Source: Lama glama | Taxonomy: Eukaryota | NCBI GenBank assembly: GCA_028534125.1 | Contig: CM052817.1 | Coordinates: 10,170,001 to 10,234,000 of the forward strand | DNA length: 64,000 bases | Direction of reading: 5' to 3' | Shown here: positions 62,003 to 64,000 of the stretch, in pieces | Position numbering within the stretch: the stretch's first letter is position 1 | Layout: every line of letters starts with the position of its first letter | Position numbers and translations under genes: made by a program | Notes under the pieces: generated by a model | The model's database searches: none | Told to the model about the DNA's origin: nothing | Seen by the model: the letters and a program-made list of their open reading frames with translations, nothing else

Positions 62003-63682
62003 AATTGCATGAAGGCTGTTAGTATCACTGATAAAATGTTGCTACATTAAAATTAGGTACAACCAGAAGAGAGACAAGCCTAGCAGCCAAGGGCTTGAAG
62101 AAGAAAATACTTTAGAAGATTCTAAATTATTGTGGATGTTTTTCTTTGAAAATATTCTGTATGATTCATGAATATGAAAGCAGCTTAGACAAGATAATTG
62201 ACAATTTCAATGGAATTAACATTCAGAGAAATAGTCCAATTCTACTTGTTACTGTCCTAAATTTATGTGAAAAGTGAGTCTATATAGAAATTTGTAGCCA
62301 TAGCCTGAAGTCTTTCTAGCAGTTCCTTTATCTCTTTGAAATTAGATCAAAGTAAAAAAAAATAAATGAATAACTTGAACATTCATAAAATTAACCTCCT
62401 CCCATGCATACTTCGCTATGATAGATTTTAACATCTTTCTGTTCCAACTATAGAGATGAGAGATGTGAAGAGAGTGTGATGGCTTTTGTACTCTTGTCAA
62501 TCTGGCACGAGGTCTCCTGGTTTCTGCCTGTGGGATCCCTGGAATCTGACATGGGAGCAAAGCTGGGTGTGACGTGTGAGCAGCGTATCCAGCCTCTTTC
62601 CAGCTGGAGTGAAGCCCTGGACACAGAGGATCCAGTGATCATTTCTGTTGGAGAAGTCATTGGAAGAGTCACTGCTGTGATTCCTTGTGTCACGTGATCA
62701 GTGATTCACGGTTCACCCCATCAGGATTTGAGGGACAAGAAAGATGCTAGGATCACCCATGTACAAGTCTTACATTAATATATTGAAGACCAGGAGCAGC
62801 TATTTCTTTTGGTCTCTCAGAGAAATTTCTGTGTTCTTAGAGACATACTGTGCACAGCGAAGCATGTAGCCAATCAGCAAATATTTCTTGCACACTTACT
62901 TGCCACGTGACATGCTATGATGACAAAAAAATCCCTTGTCATAACCCCTCTGAACTTAAAAGCACCCAGGAATGCCCTTCCTGGAGAGATTTTCCAATGA
63001 TTAAATACGATTCTAAGCCAGGGCTTAGTGTAAGTGTTGGGTTTATCAAAACCATCTATCGTTCTTAAAGGGTGTCACAAAGTTGTCACTTTCGACTTTT
63101 CATTTCTCAAATCAACTCCCACAGGGGTTTGTTCACCTCTCAAAAAATTGGCTCCTGAAATGTAATCCCCTGGTGGCAGCTTTCTAGGGTTACATGGTTC
63201 AAGTATTACAGCAGAAATCACAGGCACGCTGCTCCAAGATAAGAGACTAGCATCTTGTGCATTTTTTTTTTAATCCAAATGAGTTCTCTTTGGTGAAAGA
63301 GAAAAGCAGGTGCAAATCGCAAGCAAACCTTATAAAGTTCGTATTTCAGAGCCAATCATTTCTTAAAGAAAATTTTTATTTTCCCAGGAAAAAGAAACCT
63401 GTAACATAAAAACTGGGTAACTTTTTCTTCTGCTACTTGGAGTGTATTATTAATAGAAATTACAGTCTTTTTTTCTAGCAAGATCATGGGCTCTAAACAG
63501 CAATAACCCAGAGTTCTACAGCTTTGGCAATGACTTATCCAACTTCGCGCCCCTCCTACAGAAAAGAAAAAAGGGCAAAAGCAGACGCTATACAACCTCA
63601 GAAGCACAGGACAAGTTGGGAGAAACAGTTGCAATTCTTGCCCCAGACAAACAGCTAATTAAATGGTAGGAGAAAGACGCAC

Positions 63683-64000
63683 TGTTCAGAACACCTTCAC
63701 TTCTCCTGTGTGTCCCCTTAACTCTCACCCTGCTACCACACTCACAACGCTTCCCACACCAGAAGTGTGGATTTTTTTGTCTCCCACACCAAGCATTTCT
63801 GTGACACCAGCTGGGTGTCCTACAGTTTAACTCGATTCTGACGCCACCCGGAGACAGCGTCAGATGCCGCAGGTTAAGGGCTCAGTCCCAGAACACTGCC
63901 CAGATGCCAATCATCAGCCCAGGTTGTCACCTGGGCTTCTGACTATAAATCAAAACTCCTCGGGTTTGATTGATTTACTAGAGTGGCTCACAGGACTCAG
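63683..64000 (-). mobile_element. MER21-like LTR running off the window end
   Basis: 'gacaccagctgggtgtcctacagtttaactcgattctgac...gcgtcagatgccgcaggttaagggctcagtccc...gatttactagagtggctcacaggactcag'. Confidence 0.8.

Noticed and set aside
62448..62697. Exon-like ORFs on both strands
   Set aside because: No recognisable protein and no convincing splice-site pair.
62870..62909. ER-stress element (CCAAT-N9-CCACG)
   Set aside because: The spacer is about 28 nt, not 9.
63165..63181. CTCF-like CCCCTGGTGGCAGC
   Set aside because: It lacks the conserved AG of the core, so it is too weak to call.
1..64000. CRISPR array, operon or other novel multi-gene system
   Set aside because: Mammalian non-coding DNA with no regularly spaced repeat-spacer array and no intact gene cluster.

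Overview
Repeat-rich mammalian DNA, intergenic or deep intronic, very probably from a camelid (alpaca, llama or camel). Five copies of a tRNA-Ala(AGC)-derived SINE match the camelid vic-1 type. I found no credible host protein-coding exon. The listed ORFs are chance ORFs, decayed LINE-1 frames, microsatellites, or artefacts of two 500-N gaps (15806-16305, 45132-45631). The window is made up of L1 fragments of several ages, L2 and MIR, MaLR/ERVL/ERV1 LTRs, hAT MITEs and microsatellites, plus a few unique blocks that look regulatory. I cannot support a new multi-gene system here. The best observations are retrotransposition and repair fossils. (1) A tailless 5'-half tRNA-Cys retrocopy with a perfect 15-bp TSD, whose only two mismatches fall on modified tRNA positions 20 and 37. 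(2) A ~550-bp genomic mosaic inserted into an MLT1 LTR between 16-bp direct repeats. (3) A rearranged two-part L1 insertion inside one TSD. (4) Serial micro-duplications at an L1 junction. (5) Divergent CTCF motifs and POU/SOX/homeobox-rich candidate enhancers. Repeat names come from recalled consensus sequences, not from a database search, and the boundaries of old repeats are approximate.
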